Shown one piece after another: positions 13,540 to 25,928 of a DNA stretch of 64,000 nt. The stretch comes from Camelus ferus. Lineage: Eukaryota. The stretch lies in NCBI RefSeq assembly GCF_009834535.1, contig NC_045703.1:33728001-33792000 (forward strand). The letters are read 5' to 3'. The notes under the pieces are model-generated. The model saw only the letters and a program-made list of their open reading frames with translations, had not been told where the DNA came from and did no database searches. The position numbers and the translations under genes were made by a program. Each line of letters opens with the position of its first letter. The first letter of the stretch is position 1.

Positions 13540-14450
13540 GTAGGTCAAACCCCTTGCCTGGCATTCAAAATCTGTCACAATTTTATCTCTACAGCCTTCT
13601 AATCCATCTTTGTCCCCAACTCACAGCCACAGTTCACATATGGTGGATGCAAGCAAGTCAGATTGCTTGTTAATCTTTCATGTTCCCAATACACCTTCTT
13701 GCCTCTCTCTTTGCCTCTAAACTAAATCCCACATCCTTCCTCACAGGCTGTAATGCTCTTCATTTTACTTATACTGTTTTTCCTTCCCAGAAGGGTCCTC
13801 TCTTTTCCTGTTTTCATGCATTTACCTACCCTCTTCTCTTCCTGGAAATGTCCCTTACCCTTAGACGTCCATCTGCCCCTTTACAAAGCTTCGCCTTATA
13901 TCATCAGTTGGTAGTACATAATTTTTTCCTTCTTCAAACATCTAAATGTATTCAGTGGTGCCTTCCCTATAAAATATATCATTTTTTAACTTTAATTTGA
14001 AATGAATTTAGGCTTATAGAAAAGCGTCAGAGAGTTTCCATTATACCCTTGAATCATACTCTCCTGATGTTAATCTCTCACATAACCATAGCACCGTTAT
14101 CAAAATGAAAGAAGGAACACTGGTAAGATATTTATAACCACCCTCGGGAGTGTATTTGGGTTTCACCAGTTTTTCCAGTAATGTCCTTTTTCTGGTCTGG
14201 GATTCAACTCAGGATCCCACGTTGTGTTGAGTGTTCACACTTCCTTCATCTCCTCCAAACTGTGATGGTGCCTCAGCCTCTCCTTGCCTTTCATGACCTT
14301 GACAACTTTTACCTTATAGTATCATTACAGTCGTACACGTATATTTCCTCACCCTGCTGCAAGTTTCCTGAAAGATTTGTCACTGAGACACGTTTTTATT
14401 CCCACTAGTGTCTAGCACATGACGGGAGCTCAATAATTAATACTTAACTA
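13540..14450 (+). mobile_element. L2 LINE 3' fragment interrupted by an L1MC piece
   Basis: ccttgcctggcattcaaaatc and cttcctggaaatgtcc lie before 13980. tgcaagtttcctga...gtgtctagcacatgacgggagctcaataa lies after 14310. Confidence 0.55.
13980..14310 (-). mobile_element. L1MC-type LINE-1 3' UTR fragment
   Basis: tttcaccagtttttccagtaatgtcctttttctggtctgggattcaactcaggatcccac...ctttcatgaccttgaca is the characteristic antisense L1MC 3' end. Confidence 0.75.
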
Positions 14451-17009
14451 CATGTCAGAAACAATTAGAAAAGATAGTAACAAAATCTGCATAGTTAAAT
14501 ACTGAGCTGTGTGCTGGAGTGACTTGGTGTTGTTCCGAAAGTTAGAGAGCAAGACTGCGGAGCTGTTAAGAGAGAAAACTCCCTTTGCAGACACTGTTTC
14601 TGAGCCCATTTTCTCAGTTCCCTGGAGCAGGAGTCATGGAGGCTCCTGCTCTGTGAGCAGGTAACAGCACATGGATACCTGGTGGCAGCAGACAGGGCAG
14701 ACGAGCCTCAGTCCCAACATCCAGCATGACTGTTACTGGATCTTGCTACCAATAGACCTCATCTGTCCTGTGACAGAGGCAGGTCCTGGACACTTGCATA
14801 GACCACTGAGCTAATATAATTACTCCTTCCTTCTCTTATACCTTGGTTTCTGTTTAACAGCCTCCTGTTAAGAAACTCAGAACAGAAAACTCTTGTCTTA
14901 CCTAGGGCCCTGAGCCCTGGCAGCTTCCTTTTCTGGTTCTTCCTACAAGTGACTGACCAGTGTGTCTGCTGCCTCCAGCCATGACGCCAGCGCTCACTTA
15001 CCTACTGCCATCCAGTTGCCTGCATTTCTCCATTGCTGGCTCTATGGAGTCCCACCCCTCCTCCCTGAAGCCAGGAGAGAGCTCAGCTGACAGGTCCATG
15101 CTTTTTGCATACTGTCATACCTACTGGTTGTCCTCTCTAGCCATGGAAGCCTTGTCCTCTTTCCCACTAGCTCCTTCTTATAAGTCCCAGCTAACTGCAG
15201 AATTGCGTCCATTCCCCTGATGACTCAGATGCCTTTAGTTTTTTCACTTTGTTACTCACCTCAAATTGCCATGAGATCTGCATAAGTCTATGCATCCTCA
15301 GCACTGCTGGCTGACTCTGCTTTTTCCCCTCCTGTTGAACTTGCTAATATCGGCCTCCTGAGGAACCCACCCACCTTCAGAGGCCAGAGAAGCTTTCCTT
15401 TGTTTTGAAGGGACTGTAATTACTGAATCTGAAAGAAGGCATTCTTTCATTTCAATTCCACACTGCATCAGACTCAGATCTTTCACAAAGACTCAAATAC
15501 TAGCTAACAGGTTCAAGAGAAATTGAACTGTTATCTGTTGGGTTTTAACTGGAGCATGGCTGCATCATTTTTCATTTTCCTTGGAAGGACTTACCACAAA
15601 GAGAAAACATGCCTAGTAGAGTCCCACAGAGGTGTTTTGACTTTAGGCTTAATAAAGCATGAAGAACTCATTAATAAATAATGTTCTGCTAGGTTAACAA
15701 ATAAAGCTGAATGCACTGGCTGGCCCCTGGAGTAAATCGAATCATGCATGCAGCCATGCGACTTGTTAACCTGCAGCAGTCTCTTCACAGTGCCCGGCAG
15801 AGCCCAGTGCCACAACGCACAGATAAACCCAGTGGGTTATAAATGCAGACACCTTCAGTTAGGACACAATCTGTCATTTTTTTTCACACTCTGTGGGTCC
15901 CCAAAAGTAAACAAACCTTCACTGAAGATGAGCAGGAGGCATTCCAATGACACATTTTATCTTTGCTAGAAGGAAGGTTCCACTCATCGGTATGTACACA
16001 ATAGAAGAAACAGTTATCCCTTCTCTTTTCGTAGCCTTTGCCTCATTATCTACGGGTGGCTGACAAAAGTGAACCAGAGACTGAGGTAATGTGTGCAGGC
16101 AAGCTAGTCTATTCAGCCAGAGCAGTTACTGATGAACTTTTTGTCCGACCTAGAAAACCTTCAGGGGTGTCCAGAAACAGAGAACAGAATCATCCTTCCT
16201 TTTTAAAAGAAATGAAAGTGTAGTGTTCTTGAAGAGTCCTTAGCTGGAGAGAGACTCCAGAGCAGGTGAGAGCCCCGGGTGGTGGAGGTGGGTGGGGAGC
16301 CTTGGTGCTATGGGGAGTTGTGCTTCTCTTTTGGTTCTGTCTGTGGTGCTTAAAGCAGCTGTGGTTTCAACGAAGCTCTTTTGACATTTAAAAGCAGATG
16401 GACAGCTGTCAGGTGTCAGTCAAGCATGACTCGCTCCACTTGCTCAACAGTCTGGAGGGACAGCGTCTCCTGCCCCACGCTCTCTGGACTGCCCACGATC
16501 TCCATTCACTAATGGGTTTAGCTGGAAAGCCAGCCACCAGGCAATAAAACTGCAAACATTTCCAGGCACTGTTTTGATGAAACAACTTGTTGGGTGGGTT
16601 CAATTTCAACTCAAAGGCCTTGCCAACCATGCCCATATGCACAAATTTACAGTTCTTGCCAGACCTTTTATGTGGTTATGATGACAAAGTCATTAGGTTG
16701 CCATTTAAATCCTGTCCAAAGCTGCAGATATAAAGGCAGTCATTATCCTGAGAATGAAAGTAGTCCATTAAACAATCTTACTTGAATATTTTCATAATTC
16801 CTGTATGCTTATGTATATGTATAAGCCATATATACATACAGTTATATAATTACATAAAGTTGCATATCTATAGTTTCTTCATTTTCAGGTTAATGAAAAC
16901 AACAAAAATGAAGGAACGATCAGGGTTCAAAGTGATGCGTGATAAGATTTCGTTTTTGAGCAAACATGAGAGGCCACGTGGAAAAGCAGCAATGCAAATA
17001 GTCTATATC

Positions 17010-17185
17010 TATTGAGCCTCACAAAGTACTGTACATGACTTGCCTCCTTTAATTCCAATAGCCCTAAGAAGAAATTGAGATAGCGAGTTGAAGATGCTAA
17101 AGGTCACACAAACAGTAAGCAACAGAACTGGGGTTTTGAATTTAGGTGATATGATTCCAGAGTTCACCTTCCTAATTGCTATTTA
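17010..17185 (-). mobile_element. MIR SINE remnant
   Basis: aaggtcacacaaacagtaagcaacagaactggggttttgaatttagg...gattccagagttcacc. Confidence 0.55.
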
Positions 17186-17350
17186 CACCTCCCTGTATGT
17201 TATCAGGAAATCCAGTCATGGATGGCTCTACCACTAAACTGGAAAAAATGGGACTTCCTTTTTCCCTGACATTAAAATGAGTTTAGGGTTAGCTTAAGTA
17301 TTTAAGTTACCTTCCTGTATGATTCTAATAAACATTAAGTTACATACATA

Positions 17351-17813
17351 CAGATGGTCCTTGCCTTGCGATTTTTTTACTTTACAATGGTGCAAAAGTA
17401 ATATGCCTTCAGTAGAAACCATACGTCAAATTTGGGTCTTTTCTGGGGCTAGCAATATGAGGCGTGATGCTCTTGTAATGCTGGGCAGTGGTTAGCAACG
17501 CAAGGACACGGGTAAACAATCAATACACTCNNNNNNNNNNNNNNNNNNNNNNNNNNNNNNNNNNNNNNNNNNNNNNNNNNNNNNNNNNNNNNNNNNNNNN
17601 NNNNNNNNNNNNNNNNNNNNNNNNNNNNNNNNNNNNNNNNNNNNNNNNNNNNNNNNNNNNNNNNNNNNNNNNNNNNNNNNNATCTGAGGTAAGCGAGGCT
17701 AAGTGATAATGTTTGGTAGGCTAGGTGTGTTAAATGCATCTTCCACTTATGACATTTTCAACTTCCAATAGGTTTATGGGGACATAACCCTGTCAGAAGT
17801 TGAGGAAGATCCG
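17351..17813. mobile_element. Tigger4b/MER46-type (TcMar-Tigger) non-autonomous DNA transposon
   Basis: Termini CAGATGGTCCT...GAGGAAGATCCG are each flanked by TA. Internal gtttggtaggctaggtgtgttaaatgcat and cagtagaaaccatac. An N-gap lies inside. Confidence 0.85.
17531..17681. other. Assembly gap (151 N)
   Basis: Run of N. Confidence 1.
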
Positions 17814-20329
17814 TATTTAAATTATTTTGCTTACAGTAGTGATGGTTCTCAATGCCAAGCTGCAAAACAAAATTTAAAAAATTCATTTTGTCACCTGAAC
17901 AACTAAGCTGTTCCAGTTTCAGTGACAAACGTCTTTGACACTTAGCCAAACATATATTTGTATAAAAACCTTTCTTCAGAAATTGAACAATACTTAAAAG
18001 CTCAGTGCTGAAAATTTTGGTCCTTTTAGAAAGGATGAAAGGCCCAAGCTTGGTTGAAAGGCCCCTAAGTCTTCCAGCAGATATGAAGTTTTGAAGGACA
18101 AATGTCATTTCCCAATGAGCTAGGAGCAATCTGGAATTTAGATAGCCTACCCTGAATAAATAGGAAATGCAATGCCTTGATTAGGTCTAGAATGGTACTG
18201 TATTATTTGATCCCTGTTAAGAATCAAGCACCTAACTTTCCTATGTCCACAGTCCAAATCATTAGGAAACATATTCTGTTGTCCACACACGAATAAAATA
18301 TCTTTTCTACTTTTTCACTTGAGCATCTATATGCACCAAACTTATTTATATATGAAGTATAGGAAGAAAGTTTATAACAGCCATGTCAATCCATACATAA
18401 ATTTCTATTTATAATGAACTTTTGTGTAAGCTGACTTCTTGTGCCTCTGTGCTTTTCTTGTCCAGGTAGATTGAAAGTGGTTTATTATGCAAGTTTACAG
18501 TCCAGACAAAACCGTGTAAATGCAAATACTCATTCACAATAAATGTGGTGCCCTAAGGCAATATTTCTAGCTTATAATAATTTGGGTATTATATTACATG
18601 ATACTGTCTGTCAAACCATGCTCCCAATCACATTACTTTTATTCTTACCAATTTATATAATGGGTGAAAAGACAATGAAAGGCAAAAGTCATTCAATTTT
18701 CTCAGCCCAAGAGACAAATGAAGACACTCTTGGACCACATAGGTTTACATAGAAAGGAAGTCTGGCCAATCATTCCCTTGGTTGTCAGAGAACAATTAAT
18801 CTATGAAGTGGTTAAAAATCGAAAAATAAAGTTCCTTTGGGAAAATAATATGCAAAAAATGTTGCTGCTTTCTAAATCACATAAATATTCATGGTAGGGA
18901 GAGGGGAAGGAAATTTCCAAGGATATCACTAAGGGCTTCAGACAAAAATGAATTCAATCAATCAAAGAAAGGCATAAAACATTTATTTTCAGTTTTTTCC
19001 CCCATTGTTAATCTGAAATATATTAGCTTTGCATTTTCTTAAACATCTTCTTTTTTATTTTTGTTGAAAATAAAAATCTAAAATGCTTAATGTTAGAATG
19101 TTAATAATTAGCCATCACATTAATAAGAACCAGGAGTAGTTTTAAATTATAATTTTCAATGAATTTTACTTATTATAGAAGACTTTAATTGAACTGCATC
19201 ATGGTTATTAGAACAGATAGAAGACCAGTTTTTAGCTTGGTTGTCTTATAGGATTTACAAGTATACAAAAACAGAAGTAAAAACTGGGTGAATTATTCAT
19301 TTTCTTACCTCATTCACTATCAGACAAAACCATTAAAACCCTGATAAGTTCATAAAGTACTCATTAAGTCTTTTGGACCCTGGGTATTTACAGCTGTTTT
19401 CCATAATCATCCTCATCAATCATTTAGAGCCATGTACCTAATGTTCTACATAGTTTTTAATATACTTAAAATTTAAATTATATTGGTTTAAAAAATGATA
19501 TGCCTGGAAACACATGTGAAAATTCTATTCTGTGCAATGAGAAACCCCACTTTTATCATTACATAAAGCCATGGTTATATCCTTCATTTCAAGCAAATTT
19601 AGAATCCATTTATAAGTACCGAATGCATAACATTTTAAGATGTATTATAATGCTTAAACTAAAAACTGTCATAGAAAATTAACTGATTTTTCTTTAGTTG
19701 TTTATTTTTTTTTTTTTGCATATGAAACTCCCTAGGCTTAGCAGACAGAGTTTTTTATACTTTGCTTTGTTTTGAATATATTGCCTCTCTGCTCTATTAA
19801 ATCCACTGAAATTATTTTCCAGTGAGTTACATAATTTTCCCTTATGAGGGTTCAAAGAGTTCTCACATGACTCTGCGTCATTTGCTAAAGACTCTGAGGA
19901 GCCCAGGGCCCAGATGGTACTTAATTTGCTTTCTAAACTCAGCATTTTACTGTATAAAATTCTCTCCTTCCACAATTCATTGAAAAATAATACAGTTGTA
20001 TTTCAGTTGTGTCATAGACACTGATTAATAGGTAAGTAATTTCATGACTCATACATCATTGCATTTACTTTTCAAAGAAAATCTCAAAAAATTATTCTAA
20101 TTAAAAAAAGCCACTTCTGGTGGCACTGAAGAGGTTCTCAAACAGCTGAGGCCATTTCTGGGAGTTTAGGCGCAGTCACTAATCAGATGACTTTGTGGAA
20201 TTGAAAGGAATGGTCAACTCTCCTTAATTTAAAGGAAGCATTATTTTAATAACAAGCATTGGAAAAGTTCAAGTTGAGTGATTTACCAAAAAATGCATGG
20301 ATTGGAATTTTTAAAGAACAGATTCCTGC

Positions 20330-20486
20330 CCTAGTTTCACCACTAATGAACTTCCTGGACCTGCTAACGCACCATCTAACCTGCACAGATTACTTAGCCT
20401 CTTTGGGACACAGTTTTTACACATAGGAAATAAGTGCAGTTGGACTAGAATATCTGGGATCACTTCCAGCTCAGTGTGATTCTGTA
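20330..20486 (+). mobile_element. MIR3/MIRc remnant
   Basis: ttacttagcctctttgggacacagttttt...gttggactagaatatctgggatcacttccagctc. Confidence 0.55.
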
Positions 20487-20669
20487 GCTTTGATGGTTAG
20501 GGCTGTACATGGTTATCAACATGAAAATAATTCTTACAATGGCATCACAAAGTGAACTAAATTAGAAATGACTATGGGTTATTTTTTAAAAATATGGACT
20601 CAAATTTGGAGTTCAGTCCTTATTTTTCTGTGAATCAAGTAAGATTCTTATCTAAAGTGTCCAAAACTA

Positions 20670-20822
20670 GTCAAACAGCATGTGAATTCTGACTATGCCA
20701 CTCATTAGATGTACAACACTACGTCTATATGCCATACTTTTCTTCCCTCTAAAGTGAGAATCATAATACCTAATACCTGCCTTATAGGGATGTTGAGATG
20801 ATTGAAAATTGTGATGTGTAAG
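20670..20822 (+). mobile_element. MIR remnant
   Basis: gaattctgactatgccactcattagatgt...taaagtgagaatcataatacct...atagggatgttgagatgatt. Confidence 0.55.
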
Positions 20823-21799
20823 ACAATGGCTTCAGGAAGATTTATTCTCCAATTTATTCTCTCTCTACACTTTTAGAGATGTAGAGATAACATTTTATTT
20901 AAAGAGAAATAATATACTTAAATACAAAGAAGAAAAATCTCAGAGTGGACTGGAATGAGAAAGGAAAACCAATAGAAAGTCATCAGTAAGATGCAAAAGA
21001 GTCAAGGCAAGAAAAAGAAATAAAGAATGATTAACTGCAGATTTCTTTTAGTTGTTAATGAAAGGAAGAAAGAAGATTAAAATCAGAAGAGAAACTGGAC
21101 ATTAATAACTGTTCACTGTTGAATTTAGTACAGTACGGATCACAGAGAAGACTCTTCTGAAACAATCTCTTTGAATATCGTTTAGAATTTGTTGTAGATA
21201 CCTCTTGCCCACATAACCTCATAATAAACCTTACATAGCTCTTTAAAAAAAGAAGTGTCCAAAACTAGATACTTCCAAAATCCAAGTGAATTCTAATAGT
21301 TAATATATTCTTACTTGATGTTTGAGTCTTTTTGAACTAATTGGGCACTGCTTAACATCACTGATGAGGATTATGATTATGCTGATTCTATAAAATTACT
21401 TCATGGATTATAAATGATCAGAATAAAAGAAAGAAATTTAAATTCAATGTAACTTTTTATTCTTCATTGTTTGACCCCTTTGGAAATTCTGCAGCACTAT
21501 GTGGAGATCACTTATTAATTAGACTAGCTGTAATAAAACCAGGCAAAGAACTCCAAAGCAAAAGTTAATAAACACATACAGTTGATTGCTTTAATTTGTG
21601 GAAACTCTAAGGCAAGTATCTCGTGTGTGAATGTCAACATATAGAGGCTTTTTGATAAACAAAAAAATGGGGGCAACAATCATTTGATGATGATGCTATC
21701 CTCCAAGTCCAGTTCACATACTCTGATTATAAAACAACTAAACTAACACAGAAACACATCTGTCAGAAGAGCTGGTGCAAATAGTACTGGACCTGACTG

Positions 21800-22024
21800 A
21801 CCCCACTCCTGTCATATCTTTCCCTCCCCTTTTTACCTTTAATCTATGTTTTGTTTCTTTCATACCTCACTGGCCCCTATAATACTACATAATCCACTTA
21901 CTTATGATTACTTTTTATCGTCTGCATGTCTCAAAAGAACTCCTTGGCTTGCTCAATGACGCACCTCAAGTCCCAGGACAGCCTGGCACTTAGCTATTAA
22001 CCAAATACTTGTTGAATGAATGAA
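21800..22024 (+). mobile_element. L2 3' end
   Basis: cccaggacagcctggcacttagctattaaccaaatacttgttgaatgaatgaa tail. Confidence 0.7.
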
Positions 22025-23429
22025 GAAATAGTTTGCAGTGGAATATAACTGTATTCAGGCATGGGTCTTGAGCCTCAGCTGAAATCACAGTACCATGCAT
22101 TAAAAAAACCCCATCAAGCCAAGATAGTTTATTAAGTTCATGTTGGGCTTGGCTGGACCTTTATTTCCTCTGTTACGAAAAAGCAATCATTGAATTTGGC
22201 AGTGTTGACCAGAAACAATGAAAATGTGGTTGTCACTGGATGGGCATGAAGTTAAAAGAGTTTATGGTTGTCAAGTATTGGCTCTGACACTCTTCTCATC
22301 TATTTGATTTTAGACAACCTAAAGAAACTGGCATCTAGAATTTTCTTATTCAAAGGATAAGACCAATATCTTAGTAACCTACATCATAGCAATGTGAATT
22401 TATTTAACTTGAATTTATTATGGATACGATTATTCTAATGATAGCAGACAAAAGATGACATGTGAGCAATCTTTACTTTCTCAAAGTAAGGAAATTTTGG
22501 TCTACATGATTAAGACCTATTAAGAGAGAAAGAAATTAAACTGGAAAAAATTATGTAAATTAGAAAAACTGTGTCATCTAGGAAAAACAAATGCTATTAT
22601 AAAATATAATAGCTTCATTTAATTTTTTTTGCTAAAGTAATGTATCATAAAGGCCAATGTATTACATTTTCATTTTTGAATATTTTTCTTTTGTTTTAAT
22701 AGGAGTGTCACATGCTAGCTTACATGACATTTCTTTACAATTTTAGGTCAAAAAAAAGCTTTTCCCCCTCATAATTTTTCATGCTCCACAAAGTTTGATA
22801 TCATAAACCACTTCGCATTTATTATAAATAGGTATTACATTAGAAGAGCAAGTCAATTGTATTCCATTTCACTTGTGAAGCTGTGCAGCTTTGCATTGTA
22901 ACTAAGTTAGTGGGACTATACTGAAAAAATGTGTTAACCTGGAACTGAAGTTACCTAGTTGTTTTGTACTAAACTTAGGAGTCTGCAAAATGAAGGCAGG
23001 AAACCTGCTGCGAATAGGATAGGAAAATTATTATAATCTGCTTTCCTAAATTGAACGAGAATTTTTGCTCAGCAGAAACCTCTTGACTGCAAAAACTGAA
23101 ATTATATCCTGCTGTTAAGAATACCTGTTGGGGTAGGGGAAATCCACACACCCCACTTTTCTTCAAATCAAATAAGTGTAATGCATACGTGTACAGTCTT
23201 AGTAGAAGTTCTTTCTTTTCACAGAGAAGCAACTTGTAACCCTTTTTGCTAACAATGAAAAAAAAACTGTCATTAGTCAAGTACTTAACTCTCAGTTAAC
23301 AGGTAGTTTTAATTGTCTTTGATATCAAAATACTTCCCCTTGAAAATAAAGTTCAATATGCAGGTTTTGTTTTATGATACCTAAGGTGACATTCTTTAGT
23401 CTTAGCCTGGCACCTAAAATATGGATTAC

Positions 23430-25560
23430 TGATATTTCTTGGGATGTTTTTAGACATTTATTTCCTGAACAAACTCCCACAGTAGCCCTGAAAGCTATTT
23501 ATTCATGATTGTATACCTTCATTATGTGTTATACATATCAGCATTCACTGTAAAGTTTCTCTTTTGTCTTAGTTTATGCCTTTTGGTATTAAATTTCACT
23601 TTTTCTTATATTAAGATTCTAACTCCTAATTTCTTTAGATTGTATCTGCCTAGTACACCTTGGCCTATCCTTTCATTTTCAAATTTTTGAATACTTTGCT
23701 TTGATTGCATCCTGGTATACAGCTCAGAATTTGGTTTTGCCCTGTGATCCAATCTGAAAATATTTTCTTTAAAAAAGATCCATGTCTTTCTTTACATTCA
23801 TTGATATGAAAGATACGACAAACCTATTTTGTCGTAATATTTTTAAGTTTTCTGTTAAAGGTTTTAAAAAGACTCTCATTATATGATCTGTTTTCCTCAC
23901 TTAATATTTGTACGCCATTTTTAAAGAATATTTAATAGGGTGCACGTTTTCTCATAATTTATAACTCTATAAGTTATCTCATATTATAACCTATATATAA
24001 AGTGTATAACTTCAAATAATAACCTTGATCTTCTATATCTTTAGAATATTCACTATTTCCCATTGTGACTCATAGTAAAAGTAGCATTTTTCCCCTCTCT
24101 CTCTCTCCCCATACTTTTCCACCTAATGTTGGGCAATAACATGACCTTTCTTAGTGTTTTTCTACTTAAATAAGCTTATACTCCTATAACTTGATTTGTC
24201 AGGTTTAAATGATATCTACTGATTCCTAGATACTGGAAATAAAGCAGCCAGCTAACTTACTATATGCAGCAATTTCTTCCTGTTGTGTCCTCTGAATTTT
24301 TGTTAGTTGCTTTAATTCCACAAGATATTATACTCTATTCTGTCATCTGAATCTCCGTATTTATTTTAGATTTAGTTTTAGCATTAAATACATTCAATGC
24401 TCACCAGCAGTTCTTTTGCAGTAGTGTCTGTAGTTATCTCTTGGTTTGATGGAGTTTGTCCTCTAATAATTGCCTCAGAAAGGCTCATGATAACATTTCC
24501 TGAGTTCAGGTGTGGAGAAAAGGGAAAGCTCCTATACTGTTGGTAGGAATGTAAATTGTTGCAGCCACTATGGAGGCATCTCCACAGTATGGAGATTCCT
24601 TAAAAAACTGAAAATAGAGTTACCATATGATCCAGCAATCCCACTCCTGGCCATATATCCGGAGAGAACTCTAACTTGAAAAGATACATGCACCTCAGTG
24701 TTCATAGCAGCACTATTAACGTTAGCCAAGACATAGAAGAAACCCAAGTGTTCATCAATAGAGGATAAAGAAGATGTGGTGTATATGTATATGTACATAT
24801 GTGTATGTGTGTGTATATATATACACGCATATATATAAAATGGAATACTTCTCAGACAAAAAAGAATGAAATGCCATTTGTAGCAACATGGATGGATCTG
24901 GAGGTTATTATTCTAAGTAAAGTAAGTAAGACAAAGACAAATACCATGTGATATCACTTACATGCAGAATTTAAGAAGTGATACAAATAAACTTATTTAC
25001 AAAACAGAAAGAGACTCACAAACATAGAAAACAAAGTTATGGTTATCAAAGGGGAAGGGAGAAATAAATTAGGAGTTTGGGATTACAGATACAAACTACT
25101 ATATATAAAACAGATAAACAGTAAGGTCCTATATTCAATATCTTACAATAGCCTGTATGAAAAATAATATGAAAAAGAATATATATATACAAACTGAATC
25201 ACTATGCTGTATACCAGAAACTAACACAACATTGTGAATCAACTATACTTCAGTTAAAAAAAGAAGAAAAGAAAAAGCAAAAAATAAGGGCTCATGATAA
25301 CATTTCCTGAGTTCCCCTATGTTCAGAATATGTGTTTCTAGTCCTTGTATCTTGCAAGTCAGTTTAGCAGGTCATAAAACCCTTGAGACCTGCTTTCTTT
25401 CCTATAATGATGATGAATTCGTGATCTCCGAAGGCATCCTATTTCATTTTTGGGTATCTCAATTGTTACTAGGTGGGTTTTGTTTTGCTTTTAAGTTTTG
25501 TTAAAATTGGTCTCTGTAAAATTCTGAGTAGACTACAGTCTCTTTTACATAGAACCTGCC
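23430..25560 (-). mobile_element. Old L1 (L1ME-like) fragment hosting a younger L1 insertion
   Basis: T-rich antisense L1-like text (ttttggtattaaatttcactttttcttatattaagattctaactcctaatttc; ttttgccctgtgatccaatctgaaaa) continues on both sides of 24508-25288. Confidence 0.55.
24508..25288 (+). mobile_element. 5'-truncated younger LINE-1 (end of ORF2 plus 3' UTR, artiodactyl-type) with A-rich tail and long TSD
   Basis: gtgtggagaaaagggaa...tagagttaccatatgatccagcaatcccactcctgg, then a 3' UTR ending aactatacttcagttaaaaaaagaagaaaagaaaaagcaaaaaa. Flanked by the exact 26-bp repeat ggctcatgataacatttcctgagttc (24482-24507 and 25289-25314). Confidence 0.93.
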
Positions 25561-25732
25561 AAATATTTCTCTTCTCCAGGATAAAAGTTAACAAGTCACC
25601 GAAGGAAAGTTCTCCAGAGTACCTTTTAGTGGACTTAATGATTTGTTAATTCAGTTAGCTCAAGCCATAGCATCTTCCTTGCCCTCCTCGTGCCTTCCTC
25701 ATAGCACTCTTTTAAAGCAAGTTAGTTTTCAT

Positions 25733-25890
25733 TTTAGAGGGACCATGGGGATCATCTGGTGCAAACGCATTAACTTAGGAAGAAGAAACTGAGGCCCAGG
25801 GAGAGGGAAAGAGATTTTTCCCAAGGTCATTCCACTACAAGGAAACTGAATCTGACTTTGAACCCCAGTTACCGCCCCCAGGCAAACGTT
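25733..25890 (-). mobile_element. MIR SINE
   Basis: gggatcatctggtgcaaac...gaaactgaggcccagggagagg...ttcccaaggtcatt...tttgaaccccagt. Confidence 0.7.
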
Positions 25891-25928
25891 TGTTCCGCTT
25901 CATTGAGTCCTTCAAGAATATAATCATC

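Noticed and set aside
20111-20127. CTCF-like motif CCACTTCTGGTGGCACT
   Set aside because: Spacing is off by two bases relative to the CCACYAGRKGGCRS core, with several mismatches.
21135-21153. Short resemblance to U6 snRNA (gatcacagagaagact)
   Set aside because: Only about 12 matching bases and no flanking U6 sequence. Chance match.
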